This document shows positions 25,332-38,631 of a DNA stretch of 64,000 bases, piece after piece. This DNA comes from Tubulanus polymorphus (Eukaryota; Animalia; Nemertea). The stretch is from contig NC_134029.1 of the NCBI RefSeq assembly GCF_964204645.1, positions 13,852,850 through 13,916,849 on the forward strand. Direction: 5' to 3'. How positions within the stretch are numbered: position 1 is the stretch's first letter; the number at the start of each line of letters is the position of its first letter. The notes under the pieces were generated by a model. That model did no database searches, had not been told where the DNA came from, and saw nothing but the letters and a program-made list of their open reading frames with translations. Both the position numbers and the translations under genes were made by a program.

Positions 25332-26971
25332 TCTTTTTAATTCGTGACTTCAAAGTTCCACAAGTTTAAATTGTATTTTATCTTTCTTAAAGAATTATTT
25401 TGAAGTCAAATAAGACCAAAGATATACATTTGGTTACGGTCCATGTCCAAAAGTTTGTAGGGTACAGGTAGGCGTGGTAGGGAAATTATTATATATTTTC
25501 AAAAAAAATATGTTTCACAATATGAAAAAAATATTCAAATAAGGCCATCCCAAAGTAATTGTCTGTTAGCCGTAACACCGACTCAACTTTTCAGGATGAG
25601 TCAGTAGGTAAGAAAAATTTTTTTTTGCTAAATTTTTGGGCAAAAAAAAAACAAATTTATCACCTTTTTACATGGAAACAATATCGCAAAAATCATCTTC
25701 GTTGTGCACGGGAAATTTGTCTAATAGCGTAGATTTTGAGAATTATTCTAAAATTATAACTTCGTCCAGAGCGTCATCTCTGTGTTAAAAATGAAACAGT
25801 ACATTGAATATGTGAGCGGTTTTACGTTACCAGCTTTGATATAGTCACTATGAGAATGAATGGCAGCTTAGTGGAACACTGCCAGTTTCCTGGAAAACTT
25901 AAATTAGGCCACATTGACAAGGCATGTTTTCACACGATGCACACTTGAATTCAAACATATATAATATGTAGCTCATACGTAGGCAGTGGGTCGGTCGGCC
26001 GTTTTTATCAAAAATAAAATTTATTTCAATGAATCCCAGAAAATAAGTTTTCACTCGGTACCTTTGAAGTCGGGTCGGTCAGGTTACGGCAAACAGACAA
26101 TTAATATGGGATGGCCTAAAATTCATATGATGTCACATATTAGAGGGTGGCTGAATATTGGGTCATGGAAACCTCTTCCAATGTGTTGGCCGCGGAAGTT
26201 AAAATACCGGTACAGAAGAAATCGGTTATTAGATCGTTTTAAATCTTGGAATTTACAACTACAATATTCAGACCTCGACCTATACTTGTAGTTTGCTGCT
26301 TAATATTTTTAGGTCACAAGAAATTACAATTTATTACAAATTCTATCAAACAAAAAACACATCGCTCATCTTCTGCTACGATTATTCAGCCTATTTTCAT
26401 GTCAAACGCGCACGCATTACAGCATCACCTTGAGTAGTGTACTGTACGAGCTTGCGTGCGGTCGTGTAGCACTCTGCGCGCACAGGTGGAGGCCTCGTGT
26501 AAGTGAATGTTCGCTTACACTTCAATGTCAATCAAAACAATCACCGGGTATTAAAATGAAACAATACCTACGGCGGATGTGTGGAATAATTGCATCCTTA
26601 CCAGCAATGAGCATTTAAAATTCGCAGGTATACGGCACCTAGTCCAAAGAAACGTACGCCATTCTATGGCTTTCCCATAATTATTCTAGTAGCGCCGGAA
26701 TTCCCTGTATATCCCAAAAACAGCCAATCCCATTCTGTCATTGCAATCTTATACGCGAGAGCTAAGAATTTTCCCGCCAAAAACAGTTTTTCGTAGAATT
26801 TTAACCATGACATGTACATCGACGGAGATTCGCCATGTCTTCAATCGCATCGATTATACGTCGTTTAAGCGAAGAACCAATGAAACAAATGCTCACATAA
26901 AAAACGTACCACGATTTTACATGAATTGGCTCAATGCCAACCTCATATCGCCGACAAAGGTAAACCAAAAA
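25332..26971 (-). mobile_element. Helentron-like element, copy 3 (left end missing; same nested MITE at 25543-26116)
   Basis: Colinear with copy 2, with the same TAA-flanked GGCC MITE at the same internal position. Confidence 0.85.
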
Positions 26972-29182
26972 GCCTAAGATGTCCCCCTTGATTGAATCCA
27001 GGAAGAAAGACTATCTAAATATTTGGATGGATATATGAAAGCTGTGGGTACTGGAGTGTGTAATGGGTAGTGTAATGTGATCTGTGTACATTTGTGGCCA
27101 GCACACAGATCACATTGTTCAATGGGGTTTGGTCCAGAACTCGCGAGATTTTCAACAACACGGAAGTAACGTGTAAATGATGACTTGAATTGCATGACTA
27201 TCTACCACCCCTCATTATTGTTGGAAAACTAAACGTTTGGGACTGACTAAAAATTAGTAATAACATTTTAGAAATGGCCAAAAATTTAACTTAGGTTCTA
27301 TCACATTTTTATTTTACAATTGCGATTGGTATAAATTTTTTAAACGGCCGTTAAGGCTTCACGTTTCGTCTGCAATTCACTGCAAATAGTTACGCAACTA
27401 CGCACATTTCAGTGTTTTTGGCAGCTGTACACTCAATCGGCACCGTTCGTGACTAGCTTCACTGCGGAATTATCATTAATTAACATCGCCATATCACATC
27501 ATCAACTTATATTGTGCCTTAAAACGCTAACAGTCGAAATAATTGAAATGCACACACGATTTCTATCATTGAAAATTGAGAGAGTGGCCATGTTTGTGTT
27601 TGCTGCTTCGCGTAAATCCCGCGCGGTGGCGCAACCGCGCGGAGTGGGGCCGATACGTCCAGGTTTTCATGAAAATCTATCTATTGATACGATCTCCATC
27701 ACACACAACTACATGATGATTCATCATGAATATACATGGTAGCAGGTTTTCCCCACCAACTCAAATAGACACTCTTCACGTTCAGGGTGTGACGATTTCT
27801 ATACACTGTGTACAAAGTTTGTTAGACAATTTATTTTCGTGAATTGAACAATTTCCAAGTTCTTCTATAAAATTCACTGCTTTTCACAGCCAGCCGCGAC
27901 AACCCTGGCAGTTGAATCATTTGCAGTTTCCAGGTAACAACTTTAACACTTTAACTAGGCCACGCGAGAGGCGTGCTTTTCATATCATGCAGAGATCAAT
28001 ACATCACATAGCAGCAGGTCTGTAATGAGCATGTGTGTGAAGCATGAATATACGTAAAAGGGCATGTGTTCTTCCGAAATGAAGTGTAGTTCCAACAACA
28101 AATAAATAACTAAATTGATATATAAGCAACAAATCCGATGAAATTCAATAGGGTTAGAGATTTCATTACTGCATTGAATGTTTTGAAAGATCTGAAGAGA
28201 ATCTAAGCCTTGTTCTGAATTATTCTGAAGTTATTTAGTGCTGTATTATTAGTATTGTCCTTAAGTTATTCAGTACCAAAGGCAGAAAGTTTCATATGCG
28301 ATAGGCCTATCAAAATGGACTACGCTAAAGCGGAAGTCCATAACAAATGAAACTAGTGTTCGCAACGACGCGCAGTGTCATTGCCTGAGCTACCGGAGGT
28401 CACAAGTGGGAGGAGCTCACTTAATTTAATGAAAATTACCACCAATTGAGTCAATCTCTGCGACGTCGTGCAACAAAGTCAACTATTGAATTGAATTTCA
28501 CCGGTAGCATAACATCTGATACACGGTCAGTCCCGGTCAATCCACAAGTCTAAAATCCGGCCCAGGCCAGATATCAGATACACGGGCCGGTTCTGAGTCC
28601 GCCAACAGCTTTTTCCGTGCTACAATCAATACAATGTTTACGATTCAAATAGATACAATTATCGATTGAATTTGTACTGTCTTGAATGGAGACCGGGAAA
28701 ACACATAGGGTTATTCACTCTAATTTCTATGGTGAACGCTTTTACGGTTTGCAGCGCATTTACTGCCACACTGATCTACCGATCTCAGAAAACCTTTGTG
28801 ACTGATAATCCTCAACCCCCCAAAATTTTAAAACGGATTTACACCGTTCTCATGAATGATGGAAACGAAACTAAAAGATCGAAAATCCATCTTTGAAAGG
28901 AAGATTTTCATCTAAAGCGAAAGACCATAAAAATTACCAAACTTAAACTATTATGATTTTGACCCCTAGATGCTGGGATAACGCATCTGAGCATCTCCAA
29001 ATATAACATTTTTCTGGGTCCCGCTCCTGATAAGGGCTCACGTCTTTAAGACCGCCCCTAAAAATTATTTCCAATGGAAAACAGTGGATATCTTACCACA
29101 CATTCATTGCCAAGAATACTTCCTGGATTGTGGTTAGTCACTGGATCTATTTACACCTTATAGTAAAGTAATAAGTACTTAC

Positions 29183-29351
29183 CTACACATACATCACTGG
29201 CTAAACCACAGCAGTAAACATCAGTTATCTTCCTCTTCGCGAGCTCCAAGGCAAGGTCGGTCTGGCCTAGCTTTCCATTGTCCCAGAATGCTGAATAGCT
29301 GTCTACTTCTGGATTAGTGCCTTTATATGAAAACACCGCACCTTCAATAAC
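29183..29351 (-). CDS. Naam: Nicotinamidase, internal exon with catalytic Lys and Cys
   Basis: TTTTAG acceptor and GTAAGT donor. Translates VIEGAVFSYKGTNPEVDSYSAFWDNGKLGQTDLALELAKRKITDVYCCGLASDVCV (KG...DSYSAF and GLA.D.CV motifs). Confidence 0.95.
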
Positions 29352-29441
29352 CTAAAAGGAGGGTAAATTTTATAAGATGCATTGATGGATGTAATTGTAT
29401 GAAGGCTTGCTCATGTCAGGCTGCAAAAGTAACTCTTATAT

Positions 29442-29886
29442 CAGGGGCGGATCTAGGGTTTAATTAAGGAGGGGGAGCAGGTTAAGTTAGGGCACATTTT
29501 GATGAAGAAGGGCACTCTAAGAGCGTCACACCGGAGGTGTGATGTGTACTTCGCACCGCAATTTTCTCCCCCAGAAAATTTTCTAAATTTGATGCAATTC
29601 AAGAGCTATCTGGGCTTTTCTGGTGGCACCTGGCAGCATTTGCGAATCCTGTATCCTAGACATGTATTGAATAGGCAAAGATAAGAGTGAAAAGAAAGAG
29701 TGGTCCAGGCCCCCCCCATGAAAGTCACCGGAAAACATCAACTATATTTTTGAAACACCCAATTACGGATGGTTTAGTTCTATAAAGAATTTTACTTAAA
29801 TAAAAAAAAATGAAAAACTTTTTTTTTAGGGCACCTTGAAATTTTGAGCGGGAGAGCTCCCCCTGCCCCCCTTGAATCCGCCCCTG
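29442..29886. mobile_element. hAT-like MITE
   Basis: CAGGGGCGGAT ... ATCCGCCCCTG. Confidence 0.7.
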
Positions 29887-30185
29887 TTCATATTCACATA
29901 TGAAGAGAAATAGCGGTGTATACAACAGGAAGGATGGAATCAAATTGAAAAGTTTATAGTGATGTTCTAATTTTCATGTCCATGTTCAATAAAAAGAGGC
30001 AGTTCTTGTTAACAAATCAAATTTTGGAATGTTAGAATACTAAAAACATAAAATTATCATGACTGCTGTATCGCCAATACGTAAAATCCAAGCCTACAAA
30101 GAAAAACCATTCCAATAACTATAAGGGTTTAAGAAATATGGTCAATTTTAATATTTCCAGTGCATCAGGGTAGATAGCCAGTTAA

Positions 30186-30652
30186 CAGGGAGGAAAGTCA
30201 CCAGAGAAGAAAAATCCGGAAGAATAAAAGTCACACACCTACACCGCCTCGCGAGCGCCGACGGCGCTGCCCGAATGACTGTATTGAGTATAGACACTTG
30301 AGACTGTGGACACAACGTTATGTTTTCTCGCTATACGTACTTCTACTGGCGGCTATAAATAGTCTACAGGTACAAATGAGGTCACGTCACACAGGTGAAA
30401 GGCCATCGCCGAAAGATCGATAATTGCAGCAGAAGGAAATTAATACACTTGTTAAACGTCAGAAATAGAATCTAAATGTAAAACGGAATGTTGTCTGGTC
30501 TGCGGCGCTTTTACGGCCACCAGTACCAACAAACCTTCAGTAAACCTTACCCCCCTCACATTTTCTCATTATTTTTAGACTTTTCAGAAAAAAATTTCCT
30601 CATACTTGAAAAATTCGGAATTCCGGATAAATCCGGAAAACTTTCCTCCCTG
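30186..30652. mobile_element. CAGGG-terminated MITE with 6-bp TSD
   Basis: AGTTAA|CAGGGAGGAAAGT ... ACTTTCCTCCCTG|AGTTAG. Confidence 0.75.
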
Positions 30653-31124
30653 AGTTAGTTACCTTGGTCACCAGTTAACAATGAAATCTACCAGTTTCCA
30701 TGGAAATAAAATTCAGTTCCATGTAGCAGAAGTTAAAAGCATTCCAATGATACCTAATTTGTCAGTATGGTATTTTTGTTGAATGAACCTGGTGATGGAG
30801 ATCCAAGAATCCTCATGACAATATAAGTCAATGAGTTGTTATCTAGTACAAATAAGGACCAAGTCTGAAAACAAATGAAACAATTTCTTCAAAAATGCAG
30901 AAATGTATTCATCAATTCATAAATGTTTTAACTTGACGGTTTGCTTTCTATTTTTACTGAATATTAACGACATTTAGGCATGAGTGGTCTCCTTTGTTTA
31001 AATGTAACAAGGCCATTTCACTTTGACTGATATCTATCAGGTAACAAAATAACTGGCAGAAAATCATATCTGGCTAATCACTTTCAGTCCCTGGGTCCGG
31101 TTGCATAGTCAAGGCTTAGACTTA

Positions 31125-31796
31125 CAGGGATGAAAACAGAGGCGTTTAAAAAACGCGGAAAAATTGGAAATGAAAGTATAAGAGGCTAACTACTGCTGGC
31201 TTGGCCAGCAGTCGCGAGCACCGAATGTGCGAAGCCCCTAAAGGGGGTTTGGGAGACCACCCCTCAGAAAATTTCAAGAAGTTTTTGGCGCACCTGAGGC
31301 CCATTTTCCAATGACAAAATAAGACTGCTGCCAAGTGGTTGATCGTTCATTGTTTATGTTTTGAGTACATGAAAAGGATGGCTCCGATGATATCCAGATC
31401 ACTAGAACATGTTCATACTTAGGCCTAAATGAATCGTCCAATCTATCTCTCAAGCCAAGCGTATTGTGCCCGAATTAAAATAATGACTACTTTTGTTGAG
31501 CATGGAGGCTATGCTTTGTTGGATGAATCGAAGCACGCAACCGCAGATTCTAAATATAGATTTCCCGCGCAGCGCTATTGCATGTATATATATTATTGAA
31601 CTGCAGTGGTTCTAGCATCGTAGCACCGGTTTTGTGAGACGCTTTTACCATTTGTTCTTTAAGTATGCTACAATCTAACTATCAACTTTTCCCTAAGACC
31701 CTAACCCCCCATCATTTTCTCAATGGATCTACATCAATCTCAAGAATGATAAAAATGGACCTTCAACCACGGAAATCCGCGGAAGATTTTCATCTG
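31125..31796. mobile_element. CAGGG-terminated MITE with perfect 6-bp TSD, nested in another small TIR element (~31091-31929)
   Basis: GACTTA|CAGGGATGAAAA ... TTTTCATCTG|GACTTA; outer ends CTGGGTCCGGTT ... AACTGGCCCCAG. Confidence 0.75.
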
Positions 31797-32040
31797 GACT
31801 TAAGACCAGTCTAAGACCAGCTCAGTTCTAGGCCTATAGACAATCTAAAAACTTAGACCAGTCTTAAGATTTAAGACCACTTTTGGTCATGACTTGGTCA
31901 TGAAGTCATGACTAAGAAACTGGCCCCAGGAAATCAAGAAGATACATAAGCCATTTCTTATATTACATTATTCTTAGTGGCATTGGTATTCATCATATCA
32001 TGGCTCGACAGAAGTTAGCCTTTAACCGTAATTAAATTAC

Positions 32041-32169
32041 CTTAAGATCTTTGTGCAGCTCCGAACCCCATGAATTTTGGACACAATGCTTAGGCCATAA
32101 TATTTGCTCTTGTTTTGGTGGACCAGCATAAACTATTTTGTCTAATACCTGAGCTTTTTCAGCAGATAC
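32041..32169 (-). CDS. Naam: Nicotinamidase, internal exon
   Basis: 129 bp with phase 0 at both ends. Translates VSAEKAQVLDKIVYAGPPKQEQILWPKHCVQNSWGSELHKDLK (LWP.HCVQ...G.ELH..L metal-binding motif). Confidence 0.95.
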
Positions 32170-32260
32170 CTAATAAAGATAAATTTAAATTTAAGTTCAT
32201 GGGTTTCATCCTTTTTTGATTACAAAGGCTAAAACTTTGAGAACCATTTCACAGACTTAC

Positions 32261-32500
32261 TTGACTTGATGAATCTAAGGATCTTAAGTTTACATTTTCG
32301 ACAAATGACAAATGATTTGGTGGATGCCAGTCAAATGTGTAAACAACAACATCAAATGAGGTATTTTCTAAGATATTATTAATAACAGGAACTACTTCTG
32401 AACCATCGTGATTAGATGGACAGTTCTTAAGGCTTAAAGTCCCATCAATAAAATCATTCTGTACATCGATCACAAGCAGGGCTGAAACTGGGTTGAATAT
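32261..32500 (-). CDS. Naam: Nicotinamidase, first exon found (upstream exons not located)
   Basis: TTGCAG acceptor and GTAAGT donor. Translates IFNPVSALLVIDVQNDFIDGTL...VVYTFDWHPPNHLSF...SSQ (catalytic Asp in IDVQNDF; DWH metal ligands). Confidence 0.95.
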
Positions 32501-35500
32501 CTGCAAGTTAAAAATAAAGATACATACAGGCCTACTGGTAAAGCAATAACTACAAAAGCTTGAGACAGATTTCATTTCAAAGCTACTGGTTCGCTTCCCA
32601 TGAATAATAGAAAATTCATCATATTAGTCATTATGCTTGATCTTTTAATTATGTTTACTTAAGTGAAACAAAACTGTTGACTGTCAAAACTATGTTTTTG
32701 AAAATAATAGTTTTTTGAGACATGTGTAGCGTTAGTTTCATTTAAGACATATTTCATATTGTATTTTAACTTAAGTTGTAATCACTGATCACTGAAATGA
32801 CATTTCTGTATTTGAGTTCCTGTTGGATAAGTCTTTTTCTGAATAACCAGTAATAATTCAGTTTTAATGTTTAGGGGAAACTGGTGAATTTACAATGTGG
32901 GCACTTTCCTGATATCTAAATCACATGAATCCTGTTATTGTGGCATTGCTACTAAGATTATCGAACGGGCAAATTGTGTCGAGATTTTTGCATTATCATG
33001 TAAGTCAATTTAAAACTCGGTAAGAAGTATTTATTTCTCTTCAAATTCAAATTTGTTTGGTATCTTATCTTAAATGTCTATCATTCTCGAGTTATTAAAT
33101 GATTATTCTATAAATTGTGTTGATAAATAAGATTGAAAGTTTAAGAAATAAGCAGGCCTATAGAAAACTCATATTTCAAATAAAATTCGAGGAGAAAGTG
33201 GTAAGCTGCTATCTAGATTCTTAACATGCAAATAGCTGCAACTAAAAAAATGTGAAAAAGTGAACGGGTCGGAGATTGACTACCAGCAAGCATATGTACT
33301 GATATTTTTTAAAGAGATCATACCATGAAAAGAGGCCCATCCTACAGCAGTTATAGGGTTTACCAAATGCTTCTCTGCATCCATCAAATGTGAGAGTATC
33401 AAGACTAACCTAGTCACTTGTAAATGTGTATATTGTGTTAGCGTTGATATGAAACTTGAATGTATGAAAAGGGCCGGGATGAAAACAAGAATCACTGCAT
33501 AAGCTGAAACACTGAAAAGAAAACGCTGAAATTTCTTGGAATTCCCGAAAAACGCTGAAATTTCAGGGAATTCCCGAAAAATGCTTAAATCATGCTAGGA
33601 ACCGGCAATACACGTTTTGAAATTTTTTCCGGGCCGGGGCCTCTGCCGAGACCAGAACCTTTGCTTTAGTCTCTACCTAACTTTTGGTTATAGAGATATG
33701 CATTAACAGTATGTGTGGAGTATGAACCTAAGAAAACCCTATCACAACCGTACAAGCCAACTTTAAACACTATGCTGAATATTCCAAGAATGCCGTTTAC
33801 TTCAACAAGACGAAAAAATCTTATTTGAACATTGATTACGATAGCCACTTTTCTTTTGCTCGTCATTTCGATTATCAATTCAAGTTTAAATAAACAAATT
33901 TTTTGCTGCAAGACTTCACATTCAGCCGCGGTTTTCAAACAGTAATTTTCAACACATACCCATTTTCCTCATCAAATCATATTACCGATACACAGGAAAT
34001 TTACTGCTCTAGATTTTAAAAGCACTGTCGAGCCATAAACATCGACGAATCGACGTGTGTCTCTTCATCGTCGTTCCGGGGATCAGCTGTGAGTTTCTCC
34101 TCATCATGACAATTCAATCAAGTAAAAATAAATTTATTACTAACAGTGATTTGGCCGCGGGCTTCAAACAGTTAGTTTAAGTTAGTTAACTAATTTTCGT
34201 TACCAAATTTACGAAAAGCTGTTGTGTCGACGAGGTATCAAAATAAAAGAATATATAACTTCATTCGGCCGCGGGCTTCAACCATTTATCAATACTCTAT
34301 ATGTCCTACAGTACATACTGATCATAGTCAAATCCACAATTTTATACTTGTATTTACTAAATACAAGTATATAACATACTCTTATCCGTACGCTGGACTC
34401 ATGCTTGATATTCGGAGTAGGCGTTCGCCGCGGGGTAAAGGAGATCGAAGTGTTTATCTAGTTGTACGCGACCTTTGGGCCTACCAGTACTAAGCTTTAC
34501 TGTCTCAAACAAACCAAGTATAATTCTTGCGTTTATTAACGGACTCATTGCATTGAACTTCATAACAATTCGAAATAAAAATCCGGCAACATTGCTACAA
34601 TTTACAATCCGAAAATGAAATCGATTTCATGAATTGAATACGGTACCCCAGAGACCGATCCCTGTTGAATAAGGTGAAGGATTACGATGTTTAGGAGGGT
34701 TGAAATTCAATAGGCCTAAGACCAATCTGTCCGGATGCTAGGCCTATACATATACAAAGGCCTACAGAGGTAAGTAGCCTCTACTAGGTTAAAGCTAAGT
34801 TCCCTGTAAAGGAGGATTCATATTTATTAGAAGGCATGTATTAGTTTTTAACTGGTTCTGACTTCCAATGATCAATCACAATTATCGACGATATTTTATT
34901 GGCAAAATGAAGATTTTCATTGAAAATTTCATCGAAAAAAGTTGCTTATGTCCGAATAAATTTTTTTAAATGAAAGGTTTTTCGTTGAACAAATTGTTTG
35001 ATTGACTAGGATCGCTTTCATTCAAACATCCATTTGTTTTCGCTCAACAAATTTATTTGTCGGAACGTAGAAAAGTGGAAATTAGAAGTTGCAAGGAATT
35101 ACCAAACAATAAGAAAAACTATTGAAAATTAGAATTACTGTAGTTAAGAATTTATTCAAATGAAGTGAAAACTCCATTGTTAGCTCATACGGGTACATGC
35201 ACATAAAAAAAAAATAACAACAATTTATATCATGATGCACAGACAAATGAAATGTAAATAAATGAAGACAAATATTGTTTATTTAATTTTCCATTTTGGG
35301 GAAGCATGATGTTAGTTTTTGGAACTGATGTAGTTTTGATGTACTAATTTTTGGCAAGTAATTATCATGTTATAAAGTGTGTCTGTCCTGAAGAATTATT
35401 GTTCCTCCTGATTCAACTGAAGATTCCGGCTCTTGTCAAGGAAATAAGGTCCTCTGTCAATCGATCAAAAGTTGCGTTCAGACCACTATTCCAAAATCTT

Positions 35501-37500
35501 TGATATCCTATAGTAAAAACAAGAAATTGGAGAGTTCAGTTCATATATAAGTGTGGTATTTGTTACAGCCGCATCAAACAAAGTATTGTATAATTATTAC
35601 ATTCGCATATAATAAAGCTGCTTTTTGTATTGTCATGGCTGTTCATTGTTAGTATCAGGAATCTGTCCTCCTTAAATCACACTTGGCGACGAGGAAAATG
35701 TTTTAAAGATGAGTCTAATTAGTTTATGTTCCGAATATGTTGAGTCGGATGACTGAGAGAATTTCACCGACCGGCTAGAACAGTATTTTGTAGCCAATGC
35801 CTTGGAAGAGGAGGACCGGAAGCGAGCCGTTCTGCTCACTGTTTATGGATCGGCGACATATTCACTCATCCGTAGCTTAATTGCACCATCCAAACCCAGT
35901 GATAAGACCTATGCAGATCTAGTAAAATTGGTGAAAGACCATAAAAAGCCGCAAATGAGTGCTATCCTGGCCAGGTTTAAATTTAACTCGCTAGTCAGGG
36001 AGAAATCTGGCACTGTTTCGCAATTTGTAGCAGACTTGAAAGGGCTGGCTGACAAATGCAAATATGGGTCTGAACTGCCGATGATGTTACGCGATCGTTT
36101 TGTAATCGGGGTGAATGACGAACGCAATCAGCGTCGCCTGTTGTCGGAATCAGATGCCCTGACATTCGCTAAAGCAGTGGAGATAGCTAGGTCCTTAAAA
36201 ACTGCAGAGGAGAACATGAAAGAGATATCTGGGTCAAACCCTGTAGTCAATCGGGTTTCGAACGCTAGACCAAGCCATGTTAAACCGAAGGACCCGAAAC
36301 CGCAAATTAAGCCTCATAGTCAGAATCAGCTTCCTAAAGAATCAGCGGGTCGAATTCAGTGTTACCGTTGTTTAAGGCCTCATAAGGCTCATGTGTGTCG
36401 TTTCAAAGATGTCAAATGTAATTTCTGCCAGAAGATTGGTCATATTGAGAAGGCTTGTAATGCTAAAAACAGCAATAAAGGTCGTGAAAACCAGCGTAGA
36501 AATCGCCGGTCTGAGAGACAAGGGCAAGCATACCGTGTAGAATCTTCAGCCCTCGAGAACCAATATGAATTAATGGGGCGCATCACAGCGATTTCTGATG
36601 TTCACAATCGTGATCCCGCTAGTTATAAATAATCGTTCGGTAGAGATGGAGCTCGATACTGGGGCTAGTCGTTCTATAATGTGTCAAAAGACATTTGATT
36701 CGTTGTGGAGCGAGGTAAATCGACCTGTTATTAAAAAGTCAGAGTTAGACTTGCGGTCCTATACGAACGACATCATCGATGTTGTGGGATACGTCGAAGT
36801 GGAAGTTCAGTATCGCGGAAGAGTTAAACCGTTGGCTCTTTGGATTGTCTCGAGAGACGGCCCAACATTATTAGGGCGTCCATGGCTACGTGCGCTGGAC
36901 ATTCAGATCAAAGACGACCGTGCGAAGGTTAACTTCGTGACTCCGCATTGTACTTCAGTAGAAGAATTGTTGAAAAAGTACGACCAGGTTTTCAAAGAGG
37001 AACTTGAAACTTTCAACAAAGCTAAGATAAATTTGAAAGTGGATCCGAATGCCACACCAATATTCATCAAAGCTTGTTCGGTGCCGTATATGATGAAGGA
37101 GAAAATTGAGAATCAACTCGACCGTGAAGTTAGAGACGGAATCCTAACGCCAATCGAAACCAGTGAATGGGCCAGTCCGATAATGCCTATGTTAAAGAAA
37201 GATAGATTCGGAGAGGATTTGTGGCGACTATAAACTGACTGTGAATAAAGTAACTAAATTAGATTCGTATCCGATACCTAAAGCGGAAGATTTGTTTGCA
37301 GGACTTGCTGGTGGGAAAAAGTTCACGAAACTCGACTTATCGCAAGCCTATCTACAGATGGAACTAAAGGAATCGTCAAAGCAGTATACAACTATCAACA
37401 CTCATAAAGGACTATATCGTTACAATCATATGCCTTTTGGTATTAAATCAGCCCCTGGAATTTTTCAGAGGCACATTGAGAACATATTGAAGGGTATCCC

Positions 37501-38398
37501 CAGAGCTGCAACCTCAGAAAGATGTTGTCAGTACAATTTTTTGAGTTTGTCAGTATTTTCTTGAGGTTGTCAGTATTTTTCCAAGAATAACGCGACACGA
37601 AATAAGCTTCCAGTTCCTGTCCAAAAATGGAATTTCTAGCCAAAAATAAATGAGTCGACCACAAGATTAAGATATTGTAAGAATTAATGCTAGGATTTAT
37701 ATATTTTACATCGAAAGTTTCGATGTAAAATGAATCTGTAAATGAATATGTAAAATGAATCATGTATATCATTTCAGTTTTACATATTCTATCTTGATAT
37801 TCAATAGCAATGTGGAGATATACATGTTGTGATTTATTCTTTTAATCCATCTACGTATCACTACAAAACTCTTCAATAAATAGCCGTTTTTATTCTAAAT
37901 CTAATTGCTTTATTAATTCATAGCCCCTTATTACAGTTTATGATTCATAAAAGTCTTACTCGTAATTTAAAGCTTTTATTATCCTTGAATTAAATTATAA
38001 GACGCGTGCGCCAGAGTTCTCCTTGTGCGTCTCAGTGGTGTTACAACACAGCGCATGTATTAATAGCCATATATGTTCTCTATTGATCAATGCTACTACA
38101 GCAGGGAAGTGTGTCTGTGTGAGACTATAGTATTACAAAAGCATTGAACGCTGCGCTGGCTGCGCGCCAACACAACTGTTGAAAGACAAAACAATACTGA
38201 CGGGAATAATGACTGTTGATAAGATGCTGATAGCATTCCACTGCTAATTGTAGGCCCACTATTGACTATTGAGTCAATTATTTTAGACTTTCAGAATTCT
38301 ATTCAAGACCGTACTAAATAAAGAGCGACCGTAACACCGTACACAATAGGCCACGGCCGTATGAAAATAAGGTGGAAGCGTACGGGTTGGCAGCTCTG
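37501..38398. mobile_element. MITE inserted in the Gypsy RT
   Basis: CAGAGCTGCAACC ... GGTTGGCAGCTCTG; flanks TATCCC / TAATCCC. RT reads through as LKGIP|LTFIRMDDVL when the insert is removed. Confidence 0.85.
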
Positions 38399-38631
38399 TA
38401 ATCCCTCTCACATTCATCCGCATGGATGATGTATTAGTGACTGGTGTAGATGACCAAGATCACATCAGGAATCTGGGTCAAGTGTTGAGCAGGTTACTGG
38501 AAGCAGGTTTACGTGTTAAGCTTCCAAAATGTGAATTCATGTTGCCTGAAGTCACTTACATAGGAAAACGTATCAACTATGAGGGTATCCGTCCTACGCT
38601 TGATAATGTTTAGGCTATCCAAGATGCCCGG

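Noticed and set aside
30755-30865. Possible extra Naam exon (AG...GT bounded)
   Set aside because: The flanking exons already join in frame as HKDLK|VIEG, and this segment ends in a stop in the required phase.
29151-32575. Bacterial pncA contamination or recent horizontal transfer
   Set aside because: The gene has canonical spliceosomal introns with consistent phases and a metazoan-type C-terminal extension.
34700-34790. Local clustering of AGGCCT/TAGGCCTA motifs
   Set aside because: The motif is scattered across the whole window, and I cannot show enrichment or function without a background count.
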